Assembly (NCBI GenBank): GCA_937625935.1
Contig: OW569349.1
Coordinates: forward strand, 434,001-498,000
Length of the DNA: 64,000 bases
Reading direction: 5' to 3'
Origin: Tetramitus jugosus
Taxonomy: Eukaryota > Protista > Heterolobosea
Shown here: positions 21,062 to 31,613 of the stretch, piece after piece
Layout: each line of letters starts with the position of its first letter
Numbering within the stretch: the first letter of the stretch is position 1
The notes under the pieces: generated by a model
Told to the model about the DNA's origin: nothing
Seen by the model: only the letters and a program-made list of their open reading frames with translations
Databases searched by the model: none
Program-made: the position numbers and the translations under genes

Positions 21062-22687
21062 ATGGGCGTCAAGGGTTTCACCAATGTTTTGCAAGCATAC
21101 TTTCCCAAGAGTACGACCAAAATTGATGCACTCATGCATCCAAAGCTCTTCCAATTTCAACGATTCGGAACAACCAACAATCCCTCATTGTCACTGCACA
21201 CAATGGCTAGTTCTAGTCCCTCTAGATCGGATTATTCTCGCGGGCTCAAGGACATTGAATCATTTTCTGAAATATTGAACAGTGATAGTTTTGCAAACTA
21301 TGATCATTTGTTGTTTGATATGAATTGTGTTTTGATTGCCAATTTGAGAAGAAAAGAGTTTCATTTGGAACATCATTCGTTGGACCAATCACAATCCACA
21401 CGGATAATGGAATCAATGAATCGACGGCTGTTTCTCACAGTTGACAATTACTTGAATGCGCTCATTTCTTCATTTGCTCCGCGTTCGACAGTGCATTTGT
21501 GTCTCGATGGTCCTGGTCCCGTTTACAAGATACCTACTCAATCGCGGAGTAGAAACAGAACCAATGATCGATGGTTCAATCTATTGCAGGTAACAACGGG
21601 AACACAATTCATGAGCGATTATCATTCCTATGTGAGAAAAGTTTATGGTGGATCAGTGTTGCGTCGATATGAACAATTGGATCAAGTGCACTTCTCATCT
21701 TCTAATATGCCTGGTGAAGGCGAGTGCAAGATATTTCAAAACATTGCACAATTGAATAGTGCTCCAAATGAATCGCCAATGTCCACATCGAAACAACAAA
21801 AGTTTGCAGTTTGCAGTGTTGATGCCGACCTAGTATTGTATGCTGTAGCTGCCCTCAATGCAAATGTCGATATTTTATTGTTGAAAGAGTCAAATAGTTA
21901 TTTACATATCAACACGAGCAAACTAGTCGATTGCTATCTGAAACCGCTTTACAGTGATGTTGCAGTAACGAGAAGAGATTTTGTTTTGTTATCTCTCTTG
22001 AATGGATCCGATTATGTGTCAAAGTTTGGTAGCGAATCACCACTCCATACGTGGTTGGAGTATTCCAAGATACGGTCAGCAGACAAAGGTACCTTTGCAA
22101 ATCGGTCCATTATCTCGTGGAATAACACACTGAGTCAATATGAGTTAGATATAGAATTTCTGATATCATGCATGCCGATGAGAAAGGTGGATGCGAGACA
22201 ACCAACCATTACACCAAAAATCGAACAAACTGTCATTAATTACTTCCAAATGGTGTTATGGAACTTTGAGATGTTACTCAATGGAAAATGCAATGATTAT
22301 TGGTTTTTACCCAGTGGATTTATCATTGCTCCTCGGTGGTTCGAAGTTGAGCAAGTGTATCGCTTCTTGGGACATGAAGAGTTCAATCGCAGGATTCAAC
22401 CAAAGGAACGCATTCACTTTGACCAAACGAGTAATCTATCTCCATTTTTCCCTCATGAACTATGTTCTGCTGTCTCACCTGGCTACTACCGAAACTTTGT
22501 TCCAAAATCATTGCAAGACCTGGATCCGTTCATCGACTTCGCTACAAGAAATGTCAACAATTGTATGCATCCTGAAGGCAGTTTAAACTTTGAAAGCTTA
22601 GTGTCCTATCAGGAGTTGATTCGAAGCGTCGTGAATGTCAGTGACTTGTCTCAGTTCGAAACCACAGACACCATCCACAAACACTAA
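21062..22687 (+). CDS. Short XRN-family 5'-3' exoribonuclease (catalytic domain only)
   Basis: MGVKGF, DHLLFDMN, LDGPGP..K...Q, TTGTQFM, SSNMPGEGECKIF, DADL, RDFVLLSLLNGSDY. Confidence 0.85.
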   Translation: MGVKGFTNVLQAYFPKSTTKIDALMHPKLFQFQRFGTTNNPSLSLHTMASSSPSRSDYSRGLKDIESFSEILNSDSFANYDHLLFDMNCVLIANLRRKEFHLEHHSLDQSQSTRIMESMNRRLFLTVDNYLNALISSFAPRSTVHLCLDGPGPVYKIPTQSRSRNRTNDRWFNLLQVTTGTQFMSDYHSYVRKVYGGSVLRRYEQLDQVHFSSSNMPGEGECKIFQNIAQLNSAPNESPMSTSKQQKFAVCSVDADLVLYAVAALNANVDILLLKESNSYLHINTSKLVDCYLKPLYSDVAVTRRDFVLLSLLNGSDYVSKFGSESPLHTWLEYSKIRSADKGTFANRSIISWNNTLSQYELDIEFLISCMPMRKVDARQPTITPKIEQTVINYFQMVLWNFEMLLNGKCNDYWFLPSGFIIAPRWFEVEQVYRFLGHEEFNRRIQPKERIHFDQTSNLSPFFPHELCSAVSPGYYRNFVPKSLQDLDPFIDFATRNVNNCMHPEGSLNFESLVSYQELIRSVVNVSDLSQFETTDTIHKH

Positions 22688-22734
22688 CACACTAGTGCAA
22701 CAATACAATAAAAACAATAACACTAGACTTTTTA

Positions 22735-23634
22735 TTACATGCGAATGATAGTTTCATCTTGCTTCTCCTCCACGGCAGGAGTGTGCAAGGTCTGCTGTAC
22801 CTTTTTGAATGACTCTGTTCTCACAGTCTTGTTCAATAGCTTGACCATGGATTGAGCCTTCTCCAACTTGTGCTTTGACGAATCTGTCATCTCATGATCC
22901 TTCTGTTGTCTGTAATGATAGAGCTTTGCTCTAAAGAAGCTCAACGTCTTTTGCAACATGTCCAAATCATGCTGAATAAATCGAGTCACTTCGGGCAATT
23001 CAAAGTACTTCTCCGTGTTCATCAACAAGTGAAGCATTGAATTAAATTTTTCTCTGCGGAGTTTGATAGTCTCTTCACTGAATGTGAAGAACCATGAACT
23101 GGGTGGCAATGGACACTCTTCTGCAAACTCTGGATAGTGTGATGTGACTTGTTCATGAAGTTTGACAAATTCATTGAATCTGCGGAACACGTAGTGTGAA
23201 TTGGATGAGATTGGATGATCAAATGACTCCTTGAGCTCTATTTCACCTGATGATGATGATGATGATGGTGGTGGTGACTTGTTGATGTCTAGAGCAGTGG
23301 TGGTGGTGTGATGATCATCTTCATTGGCATTGGTGGTGGTGGTGATGTGAGACTCACCATCACCATCATCATCATGAGTGATGGGTGTGACTCTAATCTC
23401 ATAAATTGTATACTTGTCGTTATCTTCCTCTCTTGTTTGAGTGCCTATAATGTCACAAGAGAATTTTGGATGGAATGATGATGATGGGGTTGTTGTTGTT
23501 GTTGTTGATGGGGACACGTCTACTGCGATACTATCATTGTTGTGTGATGAATATTCTTGTGTGTCAATTGCTGCCTCTTCATCTGGTATTGTGGTTGTTG
23601 TTGTTGTAGTCGTGTAGTAATCTGTGGTTGTCAT
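22735..23634 (-). CDS. PX-domain protein
   Basis: YTIYEIRV ... VFRRFNEFVKLH, PLPP, IKLRREKFNSML. Confidence 0.85.
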   Translation of the reverse strand: MTTTDYYTTTTTTTTIPDEEAAIDTQEYSSHNNDSIAVDVSPSTTTTTTPSSSFHPKFSCDIIGTQTREEDNDKYTIYEIRVTPITHDDDGDGESHITTTTNANEDDHHTTTTALDINKSPPPSSSSSSGEIELKESFDHPISSNSHYVFRRFNEFVKLHEQVTSHYPEFAEECPLPPSSWFFTFSEETIKLRREKFNSMLHLLMNTEKYFELPEVTRFIQHDLDMLQKTLSFFRAKLYHYRQQKDHEMTDSSKHKLEKAQSMVKLLNKTVRTESFKKVQQTLHTPAVEEKQDETIIRM

Positions 23635-24101
23635 GGTTCGGGTTGTGTTGTTGATCCGTTTGTTATGGTCAGAATGAAGTTTTTTCTCTCTGGTTCTTTT
23701 TGGGAGGAACAGACTTGTTCAACTTGAATGTTTTTTTTAGACAGTCAATTTTCACCGAGCAGGAATTGGATTTCCGTAAAATCGGGTTGCTTTGGTGGAA
23801 GGATCCTCTTCGGACTATTCGGCTCTGAGTGAAAACTGACACATGTTCAACCAAAGTTTTGTGAAAGCAAACAACACAAAATAAAAACACAAGAGAGTTC
23901 TGCGACAGCTTTTTTTCTCGCTGATTCAACAACTGCTCACCCCAAACAACCACACAACTTCAATAAACACGTTGTGAAACGTCAATCGCGCGCCTCAACT
24001 CGTCAATCACACGCTCAACAAACAACCGGTGTACATAGAAATAACAACATACAACACACACGACCGTACAAATACACACAAACACATTGAGCCATTAAAA
24101 T

Positions 24102-27100
24102 ATGCTGTCGACTTCTCAATTACAAGAGCTTGAATCCGTGCTCAACCAATTCTATGGTGATGCCACACTGAGCAACGACCAACGAAAACAATTGGAAAAG
24201 TGGTTGAATGATCGTTTTCATGACAGTGCCAATGCGTGGAGAATCGGATTGGAACTCATCAAAACAAACGCCACCACCAACTGTAACATAGGCACAACAA
24301 CAACAGGCAAGACCACCATTTCACCACAACAATTGTACATGACATGGTTCGGATTGCACTTGATTGAGAATGCAATCAAGAATCACTCTGTTTGGCAGAT
24401 TCAGATACCGTCCAATGACAAAAATCAACTCAAATCCGCTCTGTTCCAATTGATTACACAGCACAGAGCCATGCATGCATCCGTTTGGACCAAAATTTGT
24501 ACATTAATTGTGAATATTGCAAAAATGGAGTGGCCAGAACAGTTTCCAGACTTTTTGAGCAATGTGATGCAATTGTGTTGTCAACAAGACACAATTCCAG
24601 TCGGTTTAACAATGCTCTTGTCCGTTTCTGAAGAATTTTCAACGGATCGATCCGACATTCCAACCACGAGGAGAAGTCAACTAAAGAATCACTTGTTGAT
24701 GGAAGTGAACAAGATTTTTGATTTTTTGGGCCAAGTGCTGTTCACACTTTGGGAACAGAATGGAAAAGTGAATCAGTTTAAGAATGCACCGCAAGAGTTG
24801 ACCAATATTGTGTTGCTGTTACTCAAGTGCACATCTCATTTCTTGTCGTGGGTGCCCTTTGAAAAACACTTGAAAGTAGAAATGTTGGATATTTTGACTG
24901 TTTATGCCACAGTGCCCGCATCCGAAACCATTCGAATTCAAGCCCTGACCTGTTTTACAGAAGTGTTGGGCAAGCCGTTTGTTGCCACGAGTGCCGAGCC
25001 GCTCATGCTCAAATGCTTTCGTCAAGTGTGTCACATATTGGCCATGTTTGTCAATGCGAACACACCATCTACTCCTTCAGGAGTAGAGGATGTCGATTCT
25101 GATTATTTGGAAAAATTGGCGCTGTTGCAGCATTTCTTTATCGTCAATCATTTGAGAAGGATAGAGTCAACAGAACTGGCCATTCAATTCCTTGATCTCT
25201 TCCACAGATTTACATTTAATCATCACCTATCAACGGGCCAGTTCTTGTTGTGTATTGAATCATTGTCCTCATTTTTGGAGCATCTACAAAATAAGAAGGA
25301 AGGAGTGGACGCACCTTCGTTTGCTGGGCTTATTGCGCAGTACAGTGGCATCATGATTGAATTCGAGAAACAAATATTGGCATTGTGCATATTTAGACCT
25401 GACACAAGAGAGGAAATCTTTGAGTTGGATGATGTGAAAGTTGACAGTAACGATCAAACGGAGCTTGATCAATTTTTGAATCAATGTGTCGAAGTAGTTG
25501 CATTAATTGCTGATTTATATTTTGAGAAATCGTTGGAGCTGATGCATCAATTGTTCCATGCCGGTGCTGTCCAATTTAAGTCATTGGATAAGAGTATTGC
25601 GATCGTTCACTCGTTAGATCGCTTGTCAGACAAAGAGAAAGCTTCTTTTTGTGTGGCAAGAAACCTTGTCACGACACTGAGAATATATGGACAGTTGAAC
25701 GATAAATTTGTCCAGAATTTTGATGCGACATTGAGTGTGTGTTCATTCTTCCTCAGTGGTGCAATATCTATTCAGATGGATCTACTTGGAAATATGATCC
25801 ATCACAAGGGAAAAATTTTCAGTTTATTGTCCAAAGAAATATTTGATTGTCTTCAAATGTTTCATCCTTGGATGAAAGCATTCTCCACAAAGGACCATAT
25901 TCGGGGAGAGTTTGAAAAGTTGATTGTGGTCATTTTTGACTCGTTCGTTAAGAGTTTAGATCCATCGACAAATGCTACAGCTGATATTCTTAATGGTTGC
26001 ACAGGATTAATGCTCACTATCTTTTATAACTTTGGATCACTACCATTGACCGAATTGTCACAATATAAGATTATTATGCAGAATCTGCCACAGCTTACTC
26101 AGTACTTGGCAACTAAATTCCCATTCGAAGAATTTGAACCAATTGTGAAGAGACTCTATGCCGCATTATCAAACTCGATACTGTTGAAACAGATGAGTAA
26201 CGCAAGTGCATTGATAGAATGGCAGAGACAGAATTATGCACAATTCACTAGCTGTTTCCTCCAAGATCATTTCCAAAAGATTCTTGTCCTATTGCAGAAC
26301 AATCAATTCAATGATGTAACTATTCTAAACACTTTGCCAACCATTATTACGATCGCTAGATCAATAGTCGATTCTGTACATGACAAAAACAAAGTTACCA
26401 AGGCAATTGTGCATGAGAATCTAAAGTTTTTGACTGACAACTTGTTGAACCTGTTTAAGGTTTATATTCAATCGCCACATATATCGAACCTCTTGCTGGG
26501 ATTTATGTTGTCTATTTTCAACTCGCTTTCCACTCAAGTTGGTTTGGATTTCATTCAACAAACTGTTGAATCATTTTTTGACTTGTTCACCCAAGAAGCA
26601 GCTCAAAGATTTGCTGCAGATACAAATGGAAGAACAGTTCTCATCAGCTTTTTAGAACTGTTAAATGCGTTGATGAGTGAAGGAAGTTCAAGATTTGTAT
26701 CCCTCACTGGGAGAGTAGTTGCCGTGTGCCAAAATGTCATCTTCCCAGCGATCATGCCCAATAATTCAGCATCATACCTCTCTGCCAAAACATCTATTGA
26801 TGTGTTGCTGAGGTACTCGAATCTCATGCACACAATTCTGCATTCCAACTGGAAATATTTCTTTGACATGAAGCAGGAGCCTACAAATCAGCAGTCCCTC
26901 GCTCAATTTATCTTTGTAATGCATTGTTTCCTCCAAAACTTCCAATTGCCTGATATTGATGTCTTTAAGGAGACCATCAAACTAATTGAGCAACTAAATT
27001 CATCCCGAAAACTCTACTCCAGGCCAATATTTATTGACCAAATGATGCCAACATTCTTAAAGGTATTATTCGATGTGTTGGTAGCCAAATCACACTTCAT

Positions 27101-27350
27101 CATTCAAGAGGATATCATATTGATCATTCAGAACATTGCAAGCTCAAGTGGCTCTGTGTTTGAAACAAACTTTTTGCCAAACTACCTGTCAAGTATCAGA
27201 TCAAATCAAAACACAGCCCTGAACCAACAACAACAAGTCCTCCTCCGTCAATACTTTGTGAATGTGGATGACCGCTTCTCTAGCAAATTGGACAGTTTCT
27301 CGAACGATGTTCGCTACTATTTGAATGGTCAAACCTCAATGAGTGCATAA
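24102..27350 (+). CDS. XPO6: Exportin-6 (profilin-actin nuclear exporter, importin-beta family)
   Basis: N-terminal LESVLNQFY...RKQLEKWL, KICTLIVNIAKMEWP and GLTMLLSVSEEF...RRSQLK, plus C-terminal LVAKSHFIIQEDI...NDVRYY, match XPO6. Confidence 0.85.
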   Translation: MLSTSQLQELESVLNQFYGDATLSNDQRKQLEKWLNDRFHDSANAWRIGLELIKTNATTNCNIGTTTTGKTTISPQQLYMTWFGLHLIENAIKNHSVWQIQIPSNDKNQLKSALFQLITQHRAMHASVWTKICTLIVNIAKMEWPEQFPDFLSNVMQLCCQQDTIPVGLTMLLSVSEEFSTDRSDIPTTRRSQLKNHLLMEVNKIFDFLGQVLFTLWEQNGKVNQFKNAPQELTNIVLLLLKCTSHFLSWVPFEKHLKVEMLDILTVYATVPASETIRIQALTCFTEVLGKPFVATSAEPLMLKCFRQVCHILAMFVNANTPSTPSGVEDVDSDYLEKLALLQHFFIVNHLRRIESTELAIQFLDLFHRFTFNHHLSTGQFLLCIESLSSFLEHLQNKKEGVDAPSFAGLIAQYSGIMIEFEKQILALCIFRPDTREEIFELDDVKVDSNDQTELDQFLNQCVEVVALIADLYFEKSLELMHQLFHAGAVQFKSLDKSIAIVHSLDRLSDKEKASFCVARNLVTTLRIYGQLNDKFVQNFDATLSVCSFFLSGAISIQMDLLGNMIHHKGKIFSLLSKEIFDCLQMFHPWMKAFSTKDHIRGEFEKLIVVIFDSFVKSLDPSTNATADILNGCTGLMLTIFYNFGSLPLTELSQYKIIMQNLPQLTQYLATKFPFEEFEPIVKRLYAALSNSILLKQMSNASALIEWQRQNYAQFTSCFLQDHFQKILVLLQNNQFNDVTILNTLPTIITIARSIVDSVHDKNKVTKAIVHENLKFLTDNLLNLFKVYIQSPHISNLLLGFMLSIFNSLSTQVGLDFIQQTVESFFDLFTQEAAQRFAADTNGRTVLISFLELLNALMSEGSSRFVSLTGRVVAVCQNVIFPAIMPNNSASYLSAKTSIDVLLRYSNLMHTILHSNWKYFFDMKQEPTNQQSLAQFIFVMHCFLQNFQLPDIDVFKETIKLIEQLNSSRKLYSRPIFIDQMMPTFLKVLFDVLVAKSHFIIQEDIILIIQNIASSSGSVFETNFLPNYLSSIRSNQNTALNQQQQVLLRQYFVNVDDRFSSKLDSFSNDVRYYLNGQTSMSA

Positions 27351-27402
27351 ACTATGGTATCAATTTAATTGTCCTGAATATCATTTTTCATTGTTTTATT
27401 GA

Positions 27403-28179
27403 TTACGCGAGAGATATGTTGTCTCTACCCTCGAATACAACCATTAGATTCTTCTTCAAGAGGAGGTTGGCTACAGGGTATTGTCTAGAGACGGAGTCAA
27501 CAAATCTTGTTTCGTCCTTCTCTAACTTATCCTTGTCTTCAAGAGCAGGAATTACTTGATCCCAGAAAGTGTGTTTGGATGGTGTATTGAGAACCAAGAT
27601 GATTTGCTCGCAATTGTTCTCCAAGAATTTCAAGTTCACAGTGATTCGATCTGGAATTGGACGCTTGTCTGTTTTGGTGTGAATGACCACATCATCTGTT
27701 TCAATTTCTTTGCTAGATAAAGGAGGAAAGAGTCCAGCAACTTGGCCATGTTCTCCCATCTTAACGGCCATTAAATCAATCTTACCATTCTCTTGAAGAA
27801 GAGACTTGATTCTCTCGTTGTAGTCTTTGACACACTCATTCAATTGCAATGTGTCCACTCTTGGATAATACAAAGTGACATCTGGTAAATCTTGCAGTAG
27901 ATACTTGTGACTGTTGGCATCTGGATGACTACTGGGAACAAATCTATCATCCGATAAGAAAAATATGGCATTTGTCAAGTCAATCTTCTCTTGTTGTATT
28001 TGATCTCGGAGGAGTCGATGAATGGGAATAAAGGTGAAACCACTGCTGAGACCAATTACAGTTTTCTTATTCTTTTCTTTTGGTTCCTTTAATTTTCTTA
28101 CAATTTCATCCACGACAAAATGATGCAACTGGTCATAGTTTACCTCGGAGTCCACTTGGAAGTGAAAGTGATCCATCAT
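27403..28179 (-). CDS. 6-phosphogluconolactonase-like protein (divergent active site)
   Basis: IGLSSG, FFLSDDRFVP..HPDAN, MGEHGQVAGLFP, PDRITV (NagB/6PGL fold). First ATG is at 28179. Confidence 0.75.
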   Translation of the reverse strand: MMDHFHFQVDSEVNYDQLHHFVVDEIVRKLKEPKEKNKKTVIGLSSGFTFIPIHRLLRDQIQQEKIDLTNAIFFLSDDRFVPSSHPDANSHKYLLQDLPDVTLYYPRVDTLQLNECVKDYNERIKSLLQENGKIDLMAVKMGEHGQVAGLFPPLSSKEIETDDVVIHTKTDKRPIPDRITVNLKFLENNCEQIILVLNTPSKHTFWDQVIPALEDKDKLEKDETRFVDSVSRQYPVANLLLKKNLMVVFEGRDNISLA

Positions 28180-28423
28180 AGTTTCTGACACTAATGGGTT
28201 TGGAATCACGAAATCCGAGTTGATAATTTCACACTTTGATCGCAATAGGGACAGAAATACACCCAATGTTGTATTTTGGATCCACCTTTTCCCCGAATCA
28301 AAGATTATACTCCGGCGAACTTGGCTTGAACTCAACCGAACGGACAGCACAAACCAGACGAACAAAATCATGCTCAATTTTTTGATAAGTTAGCCGTGTT
28401 GCTTTGATTATTTAGTTTGAAGA

Positions 28424-29212
28424 ATGTCCTTCCATGATCCTGATTCAATGACCTACGTGCCACTTGCTTGTCAAGAAAACACCGATCTCTCGCACCACCA
28501 TCATTCTCCACTACGGTTCGTCGTTTTATCCGACACTCACAATACTCACAACGATTTCGAAGATTTACCAGAGGGCGATATTCTACTGCACACTGGAGAC
28601 TTCACCAAATGGGGACTCATCAATGAGCTATCTGACTTCAAAAGCTACTTGCATCGGCAGAGTAACAACTTTAAGCACATTGTTCTGATACCAGGGAATC
28701 ATGAATTCTTCCCTGATATGGTCAATAGCTACTTTTATTCATGGATTCATGGTTTAGACAGCACAAAGGTTCACTATCTACTCGATTCCGTGATTACAAT
28801 CGAGGGAGTAACAATTTACGGCTCTCGGTTCAAGCCCCACTCTCACTTTAACTGGCTGTATCCCACAGGGAGAGACTGTGATGCCAAGACATCTTTTGAT
28901 GATGTTCCAATGGACATACCGATCGATATCGTTCTGACTCACCAGCCTCCAAAGTTATCATCCCTTGACAGACAATTCTTCAGAAGAGGCAACCAGGAAT
29001 TAACCCAGATCATTATGAAAAAAGATCCAGCCGTTCATATATTCGGTCACAACCATGAGAGTTTTGGCTACAGGTATGCACGAGATGATCCAAACAATGA
29101 ACTCTCCCACTTGAAGACAACCTTTATCTCAGCACCATCCATCCATGGCTATCACGGCGAAAAAAGGAGGAAACCTATTGTATTTGATTTTGTTCCCCGA
29201 TCAAGTCAATAA
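28424..29212 (+). CDS. Calcineurin-like metallophosphoesterase (MPPED1/2-like)
   Basis: SDTH, GDILLHTGDFT, PGNHE, LTHQPP, HIFGHNHE. Confidence 0.9.
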   Translation: MSFHDPDSMTYVPLACQENTDLSHHHHSPLRFVVLSDTHNTHNDFEDLPEGDILLHTGDFTKWGLINELSDFKSYLHRQSNNFKHIVLIPGNHEFFPDMVNSYFYSWIHGLDSTKVHYLLDSVITIEGVTIYGSRFKPHSHFNWLYPTGRDCDAKTSFDDVPMDIPIDIVLTHQPPKLSSLDRQFFRRGNQELTQIIMKKDPAVHIFGHNHESFGYRYARDDPNNELSHLKTTFISAPSIHGYHGEKRRKPIVFDFVPRSSQ

Positions 29213-29293
29213 ACGACACCAATGTTTTAGTTCGTATTGTTGTGTTCCTTCGGAAGATCTTCCAGCTTTACAAACCAATCACAACGAAACAGA

Positions 29294-30154
29294 ATGCATC
29301 CGTCAGAAGACACTTCTAGTGGAAAGTACTATTCCTCTACCTCCAGCAACTTGATCGCTGGACTTTTGTCTTCCACCATTGTCAGAACAGCGATGAGCCC
29401 TATTGAGCGCCCAAGACTTCTTCTCCCTTGTACGGCGAATGATCCGAGGTGTGACACATGGTACCATAGTTTTAAGCATTGGAGAGATTATCCAAGGATA
29501 TACAAGGCAATTCTTAATCAAGAAGGAATTTTTGCATTGTGGAGAGGAAATCTGGCTAATTTACAGAGATACGTACCGCTCAAGACACTGCAACTTGTAA
29601 CCAAGGATGAATTCAGAACTTGGCTACACGCAGCAGATACCAAAGGCTCTCAATTACTTGCTGTGAATATGGGATCTGCCGCCCTAGCAGGTTTCTGTCT
29701 CTATCTAGTCCCCTATGACCGATATCAGTTGGAGCGAATGAAATCTGGTGTGACACTAAAATCTCTCTACCAACAAGGGAAAGTCGGGTCTGTATTGTAC
29801 AAGCACTTTGGGATATCAGCATTTGGTGTCTCAGCCTTCTCCTCCATTTCGCTCGGTCTCTTCGACACGTTTGTAATGCATACAGAACAACCTGGTTTGT
29901 TGTCTCAGATAGTAGTCGCACAATCAGCCTATATCATGGCTACCTTGATCACCTATCCATTGGACACTGTCCGAAGGAGACTTTTTCGATGCGAGGATAC
30001 ACCAAGTTCTACATATCAAATGGCTAAAGGGATAGCCCAGAAGGAAGGCATTCCTTCACTTTATAGAGGGGCTCTAAGGAATATATTCAGGGGATCTGGT
30101 AATTCGCTGTTGATTGTTGTCTACTATCAAATTCAAAAGTACCTGTCTGATTGA
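29294..30154 (+). CDS. Mitochondrial carrier family protein, ADP/ATP-carrier-like but divergent
   Basis: PIERPRLLL, QEGIFALWRGNLANLQRYVP, YPLDTVRRR, EGIPSLYRGA..NIFRG. Confidence 0.8.
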   Translation: MHPSEDTSSGKYYSSTSSNLIAGLLSSTIVRTAMSPIERPRLLLPCTANDPRCDTWYHSFKHWRDYPRIYKAILNQEGIFALWRGNLANLQRYVPLKTLQLVTKDEFRTWLHAADTKGSQLLAVNMGSAALAGFCLYLVPYDRYQLERMKSGVTLKSLYQQGKVGSVLYKHFGISAFGVSAFSSISLGLFDTFVMHTEQPGLLSQIVVAQSAYIMATLITYPLDTVRRRLFRCEDTPSSTYQMAKGIAQKEGIPSLYRGALRNIFRGSGNSLLIVVYYQIQKYLSD

Positions 30155-30505
30155 CATGTTGCCTCTCAGCACCTGGGTGTTGCTTGTCCGAAAGAAACAA
30201 ATACGTTGTGAAACCTTCCATGGACCTGCTAAACAACTCACCACTGCCCGTCCGTCTACAGGAAGAAACCAACTGTAGTTGATCTCAAATGAACATTGGT
30301 TGTATTTCTGTCGTGGGAAAAAATAGTAAATTCGGAGATTTCAAACGACTATTTTTGTTGAAAAGTCCAACCTGGGCAGCAGGCATAAATTGAAACGACT
30401 AGCTCAAAGTCGAAAGTGAGAGCAAAACCCACTCATTTCACACCCATATTATCCATACTCCCCGTAAATACTTCCTAAATCCCAAAACACCGAAGTAGTG
30501 CAACA

Positions 30506-31522
30506 ATGTCAACAACAACCATTCAGTCTTCAACGACAACCGCAGAACGAACTGCCGCTAGTTGCAACAAGGAAACAACCACAACGACAACCGCTACCAC
30601 AACGACAGTTATCATGGCACCTCAAACAGCAGGTTATGTAACCACGATGCACTCTCCATTGAAACTGTTTCAAGTATCGGCCTTCCTACTTCATTCCTAC
30701 GCTTATTTCTACCTCTTCTTCCTGCGACAACACAACTATGACTATGGCTATGGTGGGCAGTTCAAATTTTTTACCGTGTGGACCCATACGTTGAACGTTC
30801 TATTCTACACATTGTCCGTGTTCAACATCTTGTCCGACAATGCCAAGGCATGGCTGTTTAAGCTCTCATTTGTGTCCAGTGTTTGTGTCTCCCTCATGTT
30901 CTGGGGCGTTCAATTGTTGATTGACCCGGATGCCTTCCAACTCGACCCAAGAAACTACCCTGCTTGGCTCAATCACGCTCAACACACGGCACCCTGCATA
31001 ATTGCCTTGTTAGAAATGTCACTCGTGCACTATGCGTATCACAGTATTTTGTTGGAGATACCATTCGTGTTTGGTTATGCTCTGGGATACTTTTCGTTTG
31101 CTTATAGAGCCAAGATTGTCTCTGGTCGCTATCCTTACCCATTCATGGACTCGTTTACTGATGTGACAACATACCTGTGGTTCGGTTTCATTACGTGTGT
31201 GATTGCTGTGTTGGTGCATGTGATTGGACGTACAATGTCAGCTGTTGTGCACAGGGACCTGTACAGAAAGCCAGTGCTCGAGACTCAATTGACTACTCGC
31301 AAGAACAACAATGACTCTGGGCTGGCTACTCATTCATTGACTGATGGCACTACCAGGACTACCGAGGAAGCTTCAAACGTCAAGCGTCAAAAGAAACACA
31401 AGAGAGGACTATTGGCTTCCATCAAGAGAAGACATCAGATGATCATTGGTTCATCATCCTCTAGCTCTCGCAACCCTTCAAATGCACAACAAGCAAGAAG
31501 TCGCTCACCACTCTTTTTATGA
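30506..31522 (+). CDS. FAR-17a/AIG1/ADTRP-family membrane lipid hydrolase
   Basis: YGGQFKFFTVWT (catalytic Thr), NHAQHTAP (catalytic His), YPYPF and six TM segments. Confidence 0.88.
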   Translation: MSTTTIQSSTTTAERTAASCNKETTTTTTATTTTVIMAPQTAGYVTTMHSPLKLFQVSAFLLHSYAYFYLFFLRQHNYDYGYGGQFKFFTVWTHTLNVLFYTLSVFNILSDNAKAWLFKLSFVSSVCVSLMFWGVQLLIDPDAFQLDPRNYPAWLNHAQHTAPCIIALLEMSLVHYAYHSILLEIPFVFGYALGYFSFAYRAKIVSGRYPYPFMDSFTDVTTYLWFGFITCVIAVLVHVIGRTMSAVVHRDLYRKPVLETQLTTRKNNNDSGLATHSLTDGTTRTTEEASNVKRQKKHKRGLLASIKRRHQMIIGSSSSSSRNPSNAQQARSRSPLFL

Positions 31523-31613
31523 CCTCCCAACTAATAAATACGCCACCGGTTTACAAATTCAAATCCAAAGTTGACTTGTGGAAAGCGATCACCAACAACA
31601 AACGAAAAGAAAC

